Assembly (NCBI RefSeq): GCF_009914755.1 | Contig: NC_060947.1 | Strand: one strand, 5' to 3' | DNA: 64,000 nucleotides | Origin: the human T2T-CHM13v2.0 reference genome, Homo sapiens | In this document: piece after piece, positions 61,916 to 64,000 of the stretch | How the letters are laid out: each line of letters starts with the position of its first letter | Numbering within the stretch: the first letter of the stretch is position 1 | Position numbers and translations under genes: made by a program | The notes under the pieces: generated by a model | Seen by the model: only the letters and a program-made list of their open reading frames with translations | What the model was told of the DNA's origin: nothing | Databases searched by the model: none

Positions 61916-62851
61916 AATATATAACTCCCTCTCTGCGTGCTCCCCAGAGTGGAATGGGATCACAAAGCAAGAGACTTGGCCTTCCACGAGACATTAATGC
62001 TGCAGAGGTGAGTGATGCAGCCTGCTCTAACCTAGGGCGCCCTGTGATGGGGCTGTGGACTTATGAAACCAATGTGTGTCCTATGCCCTCAAATTCCATG
62101 TGGTTTCCTGCCTCTGTGCCTCTGCTCTTCCTGAACCCTCTGTCTGGCATGCTGTCCTCCTTCAGGTGGTTTCCTGGAGACCAAGGCTGTACTGAATATC
62201 CCCCTCCTCTAGGCTCTCATAGTACCCCAAATAGACCCCCATGGCAGCCATCACCACATTACATGAGTCTCTCTACCCCAGGCTGAGTGCTCCCTGAGGG
62301 CAGGGCTTTAGGATTTAGCCCTCTTTGTATTTCCAGTGTTGAAGGCAGAATGACAGAGCAAAGTGCTGGGGAACATGGGGGTGGAGGAGACAAATTTGAC
62401 CTGTAGATCGAGGGAAACTTCCTGGAGGAAGGGGATTGGGCCTGGTCTGGTGGCAGAGGGAAGGTAAGGGCAATCCTGTCAGTTGGAACTGTTTGACCCT
62501 GGGGCAGGGGCATCTCCCGGGGGAAGACAGAGTTGGCAGAAGTGGTTGGAGGGTCCAAGGCAGAGAGGCCAGTGGGAGACAAAGCTGGGAAGATCAGAGA
62601 GGACACAAAGTCACTGCATACAGAAGTCACTTGGATGAAAGGAGCTCTTCTGATCTCAATCTGTGTGAGTTTCAGAGCAATTGGACTGTAGGTGAGTTGA
62701 TGCCTGGCTCAGTGCAGGAAATGAATATTCAGGCCCTTTCAGCTGAGATGGAAGTGCTTTTCCTGAGCAGCAGTCAACAGACCTCACATTTTAGGAGACC
62801 CCTGGTCCCAGAATGACTGTTAGCTGGATTGAATTCTGTACGAGCAAGGTC

Positions 62852-63157
62852 TTTTTTTTTTTTTTTTTTTTTTTGAGACAGATTCTTGCTCTGTCGCCAA
62901 GGCTGGAGCGCAGTGGTGCAATCTCAGCTCACTGTAACCTCTGCCTCCCAGGTTCAAGCACTTCTCCTGCCTCAGCCTCCTGAGTAGCTGAGATTACAGG
63001 TGCTCACCACCACACCTGGCTAATTTTTGTATTTTTAGTAAAGATGAGGTTTCACCATGTTGGCCAGGCTGGTCACGAACTCCCTGACCTCAAGTGATCC
63101 TCCTGCCTCGGCCTCCCAAAGTGCTGAGATTACCGTTGTGAGCCACCACGCCTGGCC
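62852..63157 (-). mobile_element. AluS
   Basis: dimeric Alu; TSD gagcaaggtctt. Confidence 0.9.
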
Positions 63158-63548
63158 AGGAGCAAGGTCTTAAGCAGAAAAATGCTCACAGCCACTGGGC
63201 TAGTAAGTCTGTTTATTCTCAAGGATGAAGGCTCTAGCCCTCATACAAATATGACAGAAAGCAATCACACACCAAGCTACATGACTAGGAAGTAGAGTAC
63301 TTAAGGAGGCAGAGATTTGTTTTTAGTTGACAGCAAGAAATATATGTTTTCCTCTTATTCTTCAGCTACCATTCTGGCTAGTTTTTATTACTCTCAAGAG
63401 AGGCAAAGCCAAGAATTTCTTGTAGACATTATTTCCCAGCAAATGTCGCATTTTAGAATGCATACTGACATCTTCCCCTTAATTAATTTATTCCAGACAT
63501 TCAACTTGGCAGCATTTAATAAATTATGATTACAAACAACACCACTTA

Positions 63549-63998
<450 letters not shown>

Positions 63999-64000
63999 GT

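Overview
Primate (human-like) genomic DNA, rich in Alu, L1, L2, MIR, MaLR and hAT repeats. It contains one complete protein-coding gene on the minus strand: FAM9C, a testis-associated, SYCP3-related X-linked gene. I assembled six coding exons with canonical GT-AG sites (61+121+32+115+109+63 = 501 nt, 166 aa, MAAKDQLEVQV...QQDGKGTERD*), under a CpG-rich promoter at about 39.0-40.3 kb. The most interesting signal is that the non-coding parts of FAM9C read as a decayed copy of SYCP3. The ancestral start codon survives as ACG in a strong Kozak context. A net 11-nt deletion truncates the protein. The last two SYCP3 exons and their intron persist in the 3' UTR, and a CHPT1-like antisense terminal exon overlaps them. 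Other items are a full-length THE1 element upstream of FAM9C with a DUX4-type site in one LTR only, a perfect 53-bp duplication 600 bp apart, and a GATA-site cluster. Gene, paralog and repeat-subfamily identities come from my recollection of known sequences, not from a database search, and repeat boundaries are approximate.
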